Notes under the pieces: model-generated | The model's database searches: none | Told to the model about the DNA's origin: nothing | The model's input: the letters and a program-made list of their open reading frames with translations, nothing else | DNA from: Pelomyxa schiedti | Taxonomy: Eukaryota > Protista > Evosea | Direction: 5' to 3' | DNA length: 64,000 nucleotides | Assembly (NCBI GenBank): GCA_020536535.1 | Contig: JAHLWZ010000797.1 | Coordinates: 62,001 to 126,000 of the forward strand | Translations under genes and position numbers: made by a program | In this document: piece by piece, positions 11,391 to 25,048 of the stretch | Numbering within the stretch: position 1 is the first letter of the stretch | Layout: each line of letters opens with the position of its first letter

Positions 11391-14300
11391 ATGTTACCCT
11401 GTCCAGGAAACAACTTGGCTATGTCGTCGATCACGCAGCAGAGACCACCACCAAGTGCCGTTAGTGCCAACAATGGTCCCACAATGATGACATACAACCC
11501 CCGTTCGTCGGGAAACCAATGCGTTGGTGTTGGCGTTGGTGGCGTTGGCGGCGGCGGCATGTGCAACCTAGGTGCTGGTGACAACGGCGGCGGCGCTGTT
11601 GTGCGTAACGGCGGAGGCGGCGGGGGTGCTGTTGAGGATCCCTTGAAAATACATGTGCAATTGCCTAATGGGGTGGTGCCTGTGGCTCCGCAGTTGCCCT
11701 TCCAAAAACCACAGCAAATGGCATCAGAGTATACATGTACTTGAGTGATTACTTGTTATTTTCACCTTTTTCCTGTTACCTTTCTCTTTTGACTGTTTCG
11801 CTAACAATAGCCTTACTCCCTTTTTACAGTACAACAAAATGCCACCTTCCAACCGAGTAATTCTGGCGAGGTAAAATCTTTTTCTCTAAGTATGTACTGT
11901 TGACACTAACGTATTTCCTAGGGATTTCATCACACTTTGCCTCAACTTGGCCCTCAGCAATCACCGCAGGTAATGCAGCACACAATACTTCAGCATCAAT
12001 TACAACAAAACTCCATCCAACAAACATCACAATTTCGTTTGATGCCGCAACAACAGCAACAGATGCAGCAACAACAGCAACAAATACAACAGCAAATACC
12101 ATTTCAAGCACAAAACTATGCACAACAACAATATCATCAACAAGGCCAACCAAGGCAGCTACAACCCCAGTCACTTTCTACACCACAAAAGTCCTTTCAC
12201 GGGCTACATTTGCAATTGCAGTCTAATCTCCCACAAGTTCCTTCCCAACCTCCACTCCAGACACAAGCATCGCAGATACCACCACCACAACCACAGACCC
12301 ATGCACAAATTTCACAACCACAACAGCTTATAACACTCCCACAAAGTGTGCCTCAGATGGTCCAGCAGGTTCCTCTCCAACAGCCACTTCAACAGGTGCC
12401 ACCACAACAACCCCTTCAACAGGCTCCTTTTCAGCCAACAACAAACCAAAGTCAACCTCAACCTCAAGCAGCAGAAATCCAAAAGATATTCCAAGCCCTT
12501 CCACCCACCACACAACAACAAATCCATGTGAAGTTACTGACAGCAAAATTACATCAAGTACAACAAATGATCCAACAGCTGCAAGCCGCTCCTCCAACTC
12601 CACAACAACAGCAAGATATAGCGCACCTCTCTAAGCAACAGCAATACTTAGAAGCCAATATTGCTGCATTACAACGACCAGTTTCCAAGGTTACAACTGC
12701 ATGCAACCTTTTTATTCATTAATAATAGATGGAACCCCCAAAGCCTGGTACTGGAACATTAACCAGCGAGAGAACAGTCCCTTCGCCAGTCAACATGTCT
12801 CCTATACAGCAACAACTTCAATCTCCCATGCTCTTTCGACAGCAACAACAACAACAACAACACAATTTTCTTGTGCAACAACAAGCTCACTTACAAACAC
12901 AGATTCCACCGCAAGTTCCTCAACCTTCCACTGTCCAACAAGTGCCTCTGCCGGCCCGACCTGCCCGCCAACGTAGACAAAATCTGAGATCAAGAGACTT
13001 AATAGATTCCAGTGAGTCCGACACAGATGAAGATGAATTTGATGAGGAAGTAAAATCAGTGTCCTATAGCCTTCGAAAGAGACGACGTGTACCTTATAAA
13101 GACACAGATGAGGGGAACCCCAGTCTGCTTCAACCCAAGAAAGGGAAAGGAAAAAAATCCACACAGGAGCCAAGTGATGTGGCTCCAGTTCTCAGTGGAA
13201 CATTAAGTACACCTGTGGCAACTGAAACCAGTATCACATCATCTTCTACCCCTGTTGTTAATACTTCCTCCACTGCCACAACAAGCAGTTGTAGTTCCAC
13301 AGAGAATTGTGTGCCAACAATTTGCCCGTCACCACCTGAAACTAGGTCGTACCACACACGTTATGGTGTAAAGGAACACCCATCTCCCACGAACGTTGAG
13401 AGTGCTATCATCCCATTACCTTTGACAGAAGTTGGTATGTTTTACCTTGTGTTGTTGAAGACTTAAAACAAAAAAGAAAAAGATGACAGAGGTATCATCG
13501 AAAAGATAATTGCTCACACTCTTGAATGCGTTGGAGATCCTGAACAAAATGTAGAGAGTACTTGCGCCACTGTGAAGAAGGAAACCTGTGATACTGAACA
13601 TAGTGCCCAAGACCACTCGGCCGTCAAGCCAGAAAGTGTTCAAGTGGATCCCAACAACTCTGAAATGGGAACAAAAGAGGCTACTCCAACTCGTGTAACT
13701 TCCAGCAAAGATGTGACAACAGGGATACCGACTATGGAATCTGATAACACACAAACAACAATTTCGCCTCAAGGAGAAAGACCACGAGAACACCTTCTTC
13801 CAGTGGAACAAGACTCCAAATCTGAAACCCTCATCAAATCAGAAACAATTGACACAAAGGATACCCATGGAACCTGTGTATTGAAAACAGTGGTAAAACC
13901 TGAGACTACTGTCATCCCTGAAGGAAGTACAACCACCATAAAGAAAGAGACTGTGGAGCAGAACCCTGCGATCACCAAACCTGTGATGAAATACTTGGTG
14001 AAATGGAAAGACAAATCTTATGTTCACTGTGAGTGGCTTACTGAAGCGCAAGTACTACGTAAGGAAGGGAAGCAAGGTTCAGCAAAAATTAAACGATACT
14101 GGACCAAGCGAGGAAATGACTCGGATTCATCTAGCGGAAATGAGGATACCACTGATGAATTGTTTCCAGTGGAATACACACAAGTAGACAGAATTTTTGC
14201 CTGTGGGGAGGAAGAAGATGGGGGAAGGCCAATGTATTTAGTGAAATGGGCTGGCTTACCCTATACTGATTCAACATGGGAATATGCTGAGGATTTTAAG

Positions 14301-17300
14301 GATGACAAAAAAATTGAGGAGTACCGTAAATTTCATGTTCTCCCATGTGAACCACCACCACCTCCTCTGCCATCACGACTGTGGGTCAAGATGGAACAAA
14401 CACCCGAATATAAAGGCGGTAATACACTAAGGCCTTATCAACTTGAGGGGTTGAATTGGTTGATATTTTGTTGGTGCCAGGGGAGAGGATCCATTCTTGC
14501 AGATGAGGTAACTCCGTTTATATTTTGCAAGTTAATCTTTATCCAAAGATGGGACTTGGAAAAACTGTCCAAGTTGTTGCATTTTTTGAGCATCTCAGAG
14601 TTGTGCAACTACTTCCTGGGCCTTTTCTTGTTGTTGCCCCTCTTACAACAATTGGTCACTGGGTCAAGGAGCTGCAAGAATGGACTGATATGAATGTAGT
14701 TGTTTATCTCGGGAATAAAGACAATAGAGAGTATATCAAGAAGTACGAATGGTTTTACTTGGACCATGATGGCCAGCCATTGGGCAAACAGATCAAATTC
14801 ACTGTTCTCGTTACAACATACGAGATGGTCATGACTGATGCCAATGACCTCGCTCGCATTCAGTGGCAAGTAATTGTTGTAGATGAGGCACACAGAGTAA
14901 GCTCTCGATCTTCTTTATTCTTCCTTTTTTGACCTCACGTACAGATGAAAAATGCACAGTCAAAGCTTCTTACTGCTTTGAAATTGATCAAGGGCTACCA
15001 CAGAATCCTGTTGACAGGTTAAAAAAAAAAAAAAGGCTGGAAGCTAACAGCATCTAAAAGGAACCCCAATACAGAATAATACAAAGGAGCTATGGTCATT
15101 GCTGAACTTCATCGAGCCCAGCAATTTTGCAAGTCAAGAAGGATTTTTACAGGAGTTCGGAAATTTACATGATGAACAACAAGTGAAAAATTTACAAGAA
15201 GTTCTACATCCCCACCTATTGCGCCGTATGAAGAGTGATGTAGAGAAGTCAATCCCCCCCAAGGAGGAAACAGTGGTAGAAGTGGAGTTGACTGTTTTAC
15301 AGAAGCAATACTACCGAGCAATTCTTGAGAAAAACCGTGAATTTCTCAACAAGGGATGTGCAAATAATGCCAATGTCCCAAACCTTCTGAATATTGTGAT
15401 GCAGCTGAGAAAGGTGTGCAACCATCCATTCCTGATACCTGGAGTTGAAGAGAAAGAAGCTGGCCCCGACAAATCACCAGAGGACTACAACAATGCACTC
15501 ACCCGCAGCTCGGGGAAATTGGTTCTTCTCGATAAGCTTTTACCAAAGCTGCTTGCTGCAAAGCACAAGATCCTGATATTTTCACAATTAAAAGGTGTAT
15601 TAGACCTGCTGGAAAAATATCTTCAATTTAAAGACTATTTGTATGAGAGATTGGATGGGAGTGTGAAAGCAAATGACAGGCAGATGGCTATTGAGAGATT
15701 TTGCAATCCGGAGTATCAAAGATTCATATTTTTACTGAGTACACGAGCTGGTGGGTTTGGGATTAATCTAGCAGCTGCTGATACAGGTATTGCCATCGAC
15801 ATTTTCAATTCGATTAAAACCGTGTTGAAGTTGTTATTTATGACAGTGACTGGAATCCACAAAATGATGTACAAGGTTAGATTTGTGAAAGGCAAAGGGT
15901 TTCCTCTAACATTTTTTTAGCCCAAGCACGTTGCCATAGGATTGGACAAAAGAAAGATGTAAAAATCTACCGACTCCTTTCTCGAAACACATACGAAATG
16001 ATAATGTTTGATCGAGCCTCAAAGAAACTTGGTTTGGACCAAGTCGTCTTGCACACAATCGGCTCCAATAACAACCATACACCCGCTGCTGGCAAGCAAG
16101 TTTCCTCTGCAGCAGCTCTTTCAAAAGAAGAGATAAATGATATGCTTAGATATGGAGCATACGATTTATTTCGTGAGAGTGATACTGAGAGTGCCAGTGC
16201 CAGTTTCTGTGAAGATGATATAGAAAACATCCTTGTCAAACGTAGTTCACGTGTTGTGTGGAAGGAAGATAACCAAGGGAGCATGTTCAGTAAAGCAACA
16301 TTTCATCTGGATGATCAGACTGCAAGTCTTGATGTAAAAGATCCCCACTTTTGGGAGAAAGTATTGCCCCAAGCCGCAACTGCAAAATCGTTGCTTGATC
16401 AGATTACAAACTTAGTCGCTGGCAAAAGTGAAACTGACCAGAAAGTCTGGCTTGAATCAAAGAAGGACTCTTTTTTGCACAACTTACAGAGGCTGGTGGA
16501 AGCTATGGTCACGGGGTACAATGAAGGAAAGGGGAAAATACCCCAAGATAGAGACATTTTACGTAACCTTCTCCTGTTTTGTGCAAGTCACACTACCACT
16601 CTTTTTCCAAGCGAGCAACCGAAAATCCTGGAGTGGCTGAGTGATATAGATTTTTCCCGAAGAAAGAGAAAAGTTCACAAGGTTGATAGCCCTGAGCAGC
16701 AATCACCACAGTTATCAGATTATGATTCTGACTCGAAGAACAAACACAAAAAATCAAAAAAGAATGTCACACCCACTTCACCATCAACCACAAAACCCAC
16801 ATCAAAAACAAAACGGGCACCTCCATGTACGATTCCAAGCAATGTTAGCAGAAAGCCTACAGTTGACATTTTATCCCTGGACTGGTTGAGCCCCAATCAA
16901 CCAAAGGCACTGTTTGAGGCTTTTTTACTCTATTGCCGTCCATGCTGGAAGCAGATTCAGACGAGAGCAACTGGATATTCCCATCACCCTCAGCACGAAT
17001 TGTCAGATATTGTTTGTACGTTTCTACAGCAGTGCATTTCTTTTGCCCTTCCATACGACCAACAAATGTTCACTACAGTGCTACAGCATCTCACTTCCCA
17101 CAAGAAAACGGACAAACTCTCACGAAATAAACCCAGAAGGAAAAAGCAACCTGACTTGAACGCAGCATTGTATTCTGTTCCACAAACAGAAGTTACACTG
17201 AAGCTAAGTGAACTAGCAGATAGAATGCGGCTACTTGAGCAACTAAACACTGAAATTTCAGCCAACCCAAATAACTACACTGTCCTTGACTTTGGACGTA

Positions 17301-18202
17301 GGCTCGCTCCATGGTGGGATGTTACACATGATCGTGATTTATTACTGGGTACGTTTAGGCATGGATGGGGCTGCTATCCTACCATTTTTGCCGATAGTGA
17401 ACTTTGTTTCGTTAAAAGCATGCAGCAGTATAAAGAAGGTCCACAATCAGAAATTGTGGCAGAAAAAGGTAGTACAATTCAAAGCCCTACTGCAAACCCT
17501 TGCACTGCGTCGAAACCTATATCGACCGCGACAAGTTTGACACCTTGGCCAAGTGACGAGATATTTCATCAACACCTCAAATTCTTACTTGAGTGCATAA
17601 GACAATCAAAGGAAACTGCGGCAACCCATTCCCGCCGGAAACGGGCAAGTGCCTCTGCTTCAGCTGTTATTGCTAGTACAGCAGCGTTCGCTGCTGGAAG
17701 TTCTGTTATCTGGGAAGACACCGCTGCAGTGAGGCCAGGTAGGAGGAGAAATCCCAAAGTTGGTCTGTACGATAGTGACAGCCAGTCTGGTAGTGAAGGG
17801 GAGGAGGAAGATGACTTTTCTGGGAGCGAGAGCTCCAGCGCAAGTGAAGTTTCTTCCAGAATGCGGTTACATTGTCACAAACCCCCAAAACAAACCAAGA
17901 ACCCCAGCACACGCCGACACATTCCGCAACACTGGGGTGGTAGTTCACTGCACCCACAACTCACAGGCACCCCCACACCACCTCCGGCTCCATCTCCCTC
18001 CCCCACCCCATCCCTCACACCGTCACTCACCCCCACACCCATAACACCAACCACCCCAATGACGCCCAGCCAAAGCCAAACTCCCACCCTTCCCTCATCA
18101 GTTTTGTGTTCTACTCCAGAAGCACCCCCCATCTCAACACTAACACCGGCATTGGCCCCTTTACCCACCCCTCCCTCAACAAACAACACTTCCGGCTTAT
18201 GA
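11391..18202 (+). CDS. Chromodomain-helicase-DNA-binding protein, CHD6-9/Kismet-like
   Basis: Q-rich N-terminus and two chromodomains ([16 protein letters not shown]; [17 protein letters not shown]). SNF2 motifs [13 protein letters not shown]|[30 protein letters not shown] and [10 protein letters not shown]. Also [20 protein letters not shown]. Start at 11391 or 11421. Confidence 0.95.
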
Positions 18203-18224
18203 CAAACCACATAACGAGGCCTCC

Positions 18225-18770
18225 GTGTATTTGGCTTTTACAACTGAAAATATCTTTACAGTGACTTGCAAAAGTCGCGAAAAAATTGCACTGGGCAGAG
18301 GATGGGTGGTGTTGGCCGCAGAAAGGTCCAAACAAGGAAACCCTCAGAGCTTTCGCGGATTTGTGTACTCTGATCATAGAACCGCTACTCTTAATTACGC
18401 ATCGGGTTGCGGGTGTAACGACGACGAAGAGTGACTGCAGTTACGATGCACTGCACCGTGGAACGGTAACAGTGTCGCTGGAGATCTCACAGAAAAACGT
18501 ACACGAGCACGAAGGTCTTTCTGCCTCTGAGGGACACTATGTAGCCATGGTGCGCAAAGAGGACAGCCAATGGACGCTATACAATGACTCTGCATGCTAT
18601 GACTTCAAATTTGGTTAGTAGTCAAACCCATGTGCCCCAACAGGCGATAATAGCCCTCAGGAAATGAGTGCGACGAGAAAAATGCTTACATGTTCTTCTA
18701 CCAGTACAGAAAACCAATCACTGGTGACGGCGGGCCGTGCGGCGGTTGTGTGGCGTTTGGCTGGTTGTAG
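18225..18770 (+). pseudogene. Ubiquitin-specific protease (C19) C-terminal remnant
   Basis: His box HEGLSASEGHYVAMVRKEDSQWTLYNDS. Intron 18614-18660 joins it to NECDEKNAYMFFY. I found no Cys box or clear start, and the upstream part is in a different frame. Confidence 0.6.
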
Positions 18771-20510
18771 AGGGTTGTGTGTTGGGAAATGTGGCTCCGC
18801 TGGTGTAAGAGAGGCTTGTTGCTGTTGTGTGTTGTACCGTCGGTGCCAATATATGAATACTATTTACATAGCTTCTTCTCACCTTTTGGTGGTTTACATT
18901 CGTTGCACTGTGCCTTTGGTGAACTTCTTGTTTTCTTTTTAGGTGGTTCTGCTGGTATTTCCTGAGACTCTTCAATTCTCAACTCTGGATGGAACATTGC
19001 CATGTGAGTATCATAACATTGTTTTGCTTCGTAAGGCTCAATCCTTCCACAGTGTGGGGACAGATCTGGGTCAATAGCACAAGGACAGAAGAACAGTTCC
19101 CCAGAGCAGATGTTATCTGAATGATAAAGCTGGCGTGTAGTTTTCCTATTTTCCAAAGAATACTGCTGACACAACTTCATGCATTCATTGACATCTTGAT
19201 TGGAAAGACTCTGCCGAATAGCCCTGTGACCATGGCTTGGAGGATTGTATGCCTTCTCAACCTCCACAACAGTTCGTTGTATGCTTGTATTATCGGCATA
19301 ATTCTTGCTGTTGGCAGTGCCTTGGTGTTGGAAAGTTGCTGTCTTTGCAATGAGCCAGTGCTTGGACAATCTGCATTCGCTGTGAAGTGTAAAGATATTC
19401 ACGAACATAAAAACGCTTCATTTTTCTCATTCCACAAATAGGGATTTCGAAAATGCATTCTTGTGCAGTGCCATTCCACCCAACCCAGGCAACCTGCAGT
19501 ATCTCTGAGGCAAGGCTAATCTATGAACTGCTATCACTGTGTGGAGCCTCTGATGAAAAGGTATCTTCATTCACCTTTTGAAAGTTGCTTATATTTTCAA
19601 TAGGGATCCCTCCCTGTATAGACCCAATAAGCATCTGTGATGACATATCCCTCTCTAGCTCTTTCCGCACTTCAACACCATCAAAGCTGATTCCACCAGG
19701 AAGAACTACATCCTTCAGGCCTTGTTTGAGGTGAGCTATCCTTTCCCTGAACTTATTGCTGCATCACTTGTACTGAAGTTCGGTGGCGTTATTCTTTTTG
19801 TAGGCTACTGACTTAAGGTAGAGGAAGGCCCACTTTCTCTTTTGATGGTGGCAGGTGACCCCTACTTCCTCCTGTTACATATCCGCGAATGAGTACATAT
19901 CCAGTCTTTCCACATATTGTATGACCCCAATTGATCATCTCTGCTGTATACCGGATCTGTCTTCTATCTTTCAAAGTTCAGGGACCCACGTTGGTACTCC
20001 AAATTCAGCACAGCAAGTATGTCATGCACAAGGCACTCTTTTGAAGTTCTGTTTGCTAAGACAAGCTGGGTATGTTCAAGTTCCATTATCAATACATTAA
20101 CCTTTTTTTGTAGTGGTTTCTTTTCCGATTCTAAAAGACTGACTACCCGGCACTGACTTTGCTGTCATAGTTTTTTTTCATCCAGCAGAGTGACCCACTA
20201 GTTTTTCTCTGTTGGTAGCGATGGATATCATAAGCAATGCGATACAGCTTTGCACACTCCCAGCAGCGCTTCTGGTATGAGTAAAGAGGTACCAGTTCAA
20301 GAACATGGGGTGCAGGTACTGAAACAGCAAAGTAGCACTGTAAAGTGTTGTTTCTAATAGCTGCCAGCTCATGATTGAAAACAAGAACACTCCCAAATGT
20401 GCTATCTAGGAAGCCATACAAGTCGGCATTGGTTCTTCTACTTATTCCCTCACAATACCCAATAGGAGGAGGTTGCAATTTACTGATTGATACAAGTCGT
20501 GCTCGGCCAT
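18718..20510 (-). CDS. Hypothetical multi-exon protein
   Basis: ATG at 20510 (MAEHDLYQS) with GT-AG introns joining ORFs 20143..20478, 18860..19408 and 18718..18975. No recognised domain. Confidence 0.5.
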
Positions 20511-20575
20511 TCGCTACACCGACACCCGAAAGAAAAATTTGGGGAAAAAAAAAAAAAGATGTTCCTAGAGAAATT

Positions 20576-21823
20576 TTACAACTTTGCCACTCCTATTTTT
20601 TGCAATTGTTCGTGAGTGAGCATCACCTGGTTGTTGCCGTTTTTCTTCTTGAATATTGCTGTTAATATGCAAAGTAGGTACGTTTCCGAATATGACTTGC
20701 AATAACAAGTAGGGTAATTTTTTTGCACCTTTAAGAAAATCTAAATTAACAACTAAAAATATAAATCAAAATATACCCATTCTTTGAGTTGCTGTAGCTC
20801 GCTGTCGGGGAAAGTAACGCAAATATTGTCGCCGTCTGGGGCTTCGTAGTATTGTTGCAATAGTTCCTTGTTAGCCTCAATGGCAGTAACACATGCATGA
20901 AGTGATGCACACCTAAATGTATATATATAAGAAGAGAGAACGGTGGAAGGGTGTTTACTTTCTAAGTTTTTTTATTCCAGAGTGTGTGTATTGTGTCGTT
21001 ATTTGTTGGACTGTTGAAAATAGAAGACCAAGTCCTATTAGACAAAAAGTTAAAGGGATTAACAGAGCCAGATGAAACTTACTAGCTTGCGACGGCCTCG
21101 GGGGACAAAAATCGTACTTTTTAGTCATGGTGTTGTATGTAAAAGTGATATAAGTAGCAGGAGTTATGGCACAATGGAACCTGCTGATTGTATTAAAAAA
21201 AAAACTGCGTGAAAAACTCGAAAGACATACTTTGTAAAAAGCCACCACCTTGTGTGGAGCGTGATAGGGTTCTCAGGCTCAGTAGAGAGGCCATTTTGGA
21301 AGAGATATTCCTTGTACGGGAGATCGTGAGCAGGTTCATCCATTGCCATTAGAGTTTCATATTCACGAATCTTTGTCTCGTCTTCTAATACTGAAGGGTG
21401 TGGCGTGCTCAAAATCACCGAGTATCGTTGACAGCAGATGATTCCAGCTTCATTGAACTGCAAAACTGCTTGCGCAGCAGCCGCGGTTTTTGTCCATGAA
21501 ACTAGCACGTCGCCAGGGCCGAGCTCACGTATGAACTCGACGACTCCATTCCTCCCGCCATCGCATATTTCAACGGCCATGAAGAAGAGCTGCGTCGTTG
21601 TTTTGGACCTGTCAATACTGTATATTCTTACGACTGTTCCTGCATGTCGTGGTCGTCCGAAAGCCGCGTTGAAAATGGCGAGGATGTGGTCAGCCTTGAT
21701 ATGACACCAAGAACAATCTACCAAAAACGAGCGTGCGAACATTACGAGCTCCGATATTGTGCATGATAACAAAAACGGAACAAGTCGTACGAGGGCTGCA
21801 ACTACATTTGTTTCAGAATCCAT
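20576..21823 (-). CDS. Hypothetical protein
   Basis: ATG at 21823 (MDSETNVV) opens a long first exon of about 200 codons. Several short introns follow and the putative last exon ends KIGVAKL*. No recognised domain. Confidence 0.55.
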
Positions 21824-23603
21824 CGCTACAAACACACCAAACACAACAAAGAAAGGGGAAAAAAAATGAGAAAAAAATAACAAGTAACATACGTGACTAT
21901 TGGGAAGGGCGTCGTGGCACCACCCAGATCTGGGACTTTTTTTTTCTGTGGTTGTTTCCTTGTCAGATTCGGTTCGTTTTTTGGTTGGCATGTCGCCAGG
22001 CAACTGACTGTCTGTCTCTGGGAAGCATTTCGGTAGACACTTCGCTTCTAGATCTAGAAAAATTTCGGTCTGGGAAGGGTGATAAGGAACACAAACTAAT
22101 AATAAACAAGAGATCTCTATCGCCCGTAGCATGGAAACTACATGGAACGGATCTGTGGTGGAACCGTCTCCCCCCGTACACACCAACACTAGAGACAACC
22201 TATTGAATCACTTTCACACCACGCTCTCTGCAAAATCCACCCACTCACTGCCGAGGTTCTGTTTATTGTTGCTCACATTGTACCAGTATCTGTGTCACGC
22301 ACTTTATACCACAATTTTCGGTAGCCACAATCATCGTTTTCAACAATTTTCCCACAGTATACTGCCATCTCTAATATCCGGCCTCACTGCTCAAGTCAAC
22401 AACTAGCAACAAGTTTGGCACCGCCAAAGGGGACTGCGAAAAGCCAACTGTGGATCGAGCCAGATTGAAAGCTGGTGCCTAGGTTCCCTCCCAGGGGCCT
22501 GTACCATGTGTTGTGTCACGGGTGACACTCTTTGTGTTGCCTGTACCACTAATTCATGTCACGGGCTTACTCCTGCTCTCAGCTGTGCTCAGTTCCGCGG
22601 AACTTTTTCACTTTCCTTTGGCAACTTCACCTTCAAACTTCTTCCAACTTCCAACTTTGCCTTCACTCAACCAGCCTTTTTGCTCCCTCCAGTTCTGTCT
22701 GGTCAAGATCCCCATTGGAAATCTATCATAAGTTCGTCCTGTGTGCGAGATCTCTCCTCAGGACCTTAATGACATCAGAAGCATGCCCATCGTTTCTCGA
22801 AATGGTATCCTCCGCTTCCACTGGTCATAATGCCGAGTTCTCATGCGTCACATCCTGAGGAGGTACACTTCTCTCTGTGACCTTCTCAACTCACTCCTAG
22901 ACGCTCTCAGGCAATAGCAGTTGCTGCCACCGTTATGCGGTTACTTTCTATCCCTCCTTGCTTTACGGAATTTGGCAATGCCACTGGAATCAACTGTTGT
23001 ACCCAGTTCTGTTGGTGCAGGTGATATCCATTTCTAAAGATTTGCTGTTGACTTCCTGTAGGATGCGCCCCGCGGATTCCACTTAGGAGTCATTCCAACT
23101 GACATTCCTTTCCAGCTACATCGACGAGTTGCAATGAGCCCAACTGGATCTCATCAACGCCCATGTTCATCAAAATGAGAAACACATGAATCTGGACATC
23201 TGGAAGGTGGGGTGTTTGGGCTCAGTTGTAACAACAATCCCATCTCAACAGGCACATAATCCTCTCCTTGATATTTGTGGATCCTCATCTTTCAATACCA
23301 CACAATAACACTTACAACAATCCAACACACCTGTTACACTGTATACCTTGAAACACCAAAATAGAAATTTTGAAAAAGTATACACTCGAACTTTAACAGG
23401 GACATAAGTCCATAAGTCTGTTGTGATACAACATAAAAACCCCGTGCTTGTGCCTTTTTTTTCCCCGCCTTCTTAAAAAAATCGAAGGAAATTACGTGTA
23501 AATTTGTTGTGATGCAGAAATCTGGTGACAACGAGGCCCACACCGAGGCAATGTATGAAAATGGGAGCGGTGTTGCAATGTCTTACCTCACTCAACACAT
23601 TAT

Positions 23604-24819
23604 TCACATTTGGAGAAACGACATGACCAGTGGGATTGTGGAACTGCAGTGGAATGCTGCATATTTGTGGTGAGCGCAGAGTGCTATGGCATCACTCATC
23701 CCACAGCACCATATGCAATGGCTTCGATTTGTTGAGCTCTTTGCCGTTGAAGAAGTCTTGTAGCAATTGCTGCACTTTCGGAATACGAGTTGATCCTCCC
23801 ACCAAAAGAACATCATGGATTGAGCTCTTGTCAGGCATGTGTCGCGAAGTACTTTCTCAACTGGATCCAGAGCTGATCGGAACAAGTCGCGATATTAAAC
23901 TTGTGATAGTTGTGTAATAGTCAACTCACTCAAAGAGCTGGTCAACCTCAATGGACGCCTGGGCTTGCGAAGAAAGGGTTCTCTTAGCACGCTCGCAGGC
24001 AGTTCGCAGCCTCCTCAGAGCTCGAGCATTGCCACTCATATCCTTGTTGTACCTCCTCTTGAAGTCCTTGGCAAAGAAGTCGACCATCCTGTTATCAAAG
24101 TCCTCGCCACCGAGATGGGTGTCACCTGACGTTGCCTTGACTTCAAAGACTCCCTCCTCAATGGCCAGCAGAGACACATCAAACGTGCCGGCCCGCCCAA
24201 GTCGAAGATGAGGATGTTCCTCGCACCACCCATACGCAATAGCAGCAGCCGTGGGTTCGTCGATGATCCTGAGAACGTTGGGCCCAGCAATAGTGCCGGC
24301 GTCTTTTGTGGCCTGCCTCTGAGAGTCGTCGAAATATGCAGGGCATCTGTACAATCGTTTTTTAGTCAAATGTTTCACTGACAATTACAACAACAAAAAG
24401 AAGAAACTAACGTTATAACAGCATCCTTAGGATTCAGCAATCTCCTTCATCTTTGTGAGGACCATTGACGAGATATCCTCGGGGGGTGACAGCGTTCGAG
24501 TCGCCGCGATGTGCCACCTGGATCATGGGCTTGTCACCCTTGTTGAGCACCTTGAACGGCCAGTGCTTCATGTCATACGGAACAGAGGGGTCGCTGAAAC
24601 GGCGCCCGGTGAGCCGCTTGGCGGTCAACACAGTGTTCTCCACGTTCATCGCGATCTGGTTCATTCGCCGCGTCGCCAATGAGCCTCTCTTGGTCGGTGA
24701 ATGCAACGTCCCTCCTGGTCATTCGCAATGATCTCAACTCGGTCGTTCTGCCACACTCCGGCACATGAATAAGTGGTGCCAAGATCAGTGCCAACCGCCG
24801 TTGCCTAGGATGCTGCCGT
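23604..24819 (-). pseudogene. HSP70: Cytosolic Hsp70 pseudogene (nucleotide-binding domain only)
   Basis: [39 protein letters not shown] and [12 protein letters not shown] are present. ACG stands where the start is expected, an in-frame TAG follows four codons later, GNRTTPS is deleted, there are several frameshifts and no substrate-binding domain. Introns are retained. Confidence 0.92.
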
Positions 24820-25048
24820 TGTGTGTTTGAGGACTGACTATTGTGTAACCGTCGGGTTTTGTTTTTGGTTTGGTAAGTTTTTTTTCAAATCGACTGTGGG
24901 GAGAGGAAAGTAACAAGTTGCTTGTTCGGAATCATGTGGGCTGCATCCACAGTTACCTCACAACCCAACCTGGTATCAGAGAGATATTAGCTCTGACGGC
25001 GCCAAACTCCCTGATGATGAACATTCCTGTAGGTCGGCTATTTCGAGG

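Noticed and set aside
17930-17975. [15 protein letters not shown] in an alternate frame as a possible USP Cys box
   Set aside because: It is a poor match to GLxNxGNTCYxN, lies inside the CHD reading frame, and I found no splice path to the His-box remnant.
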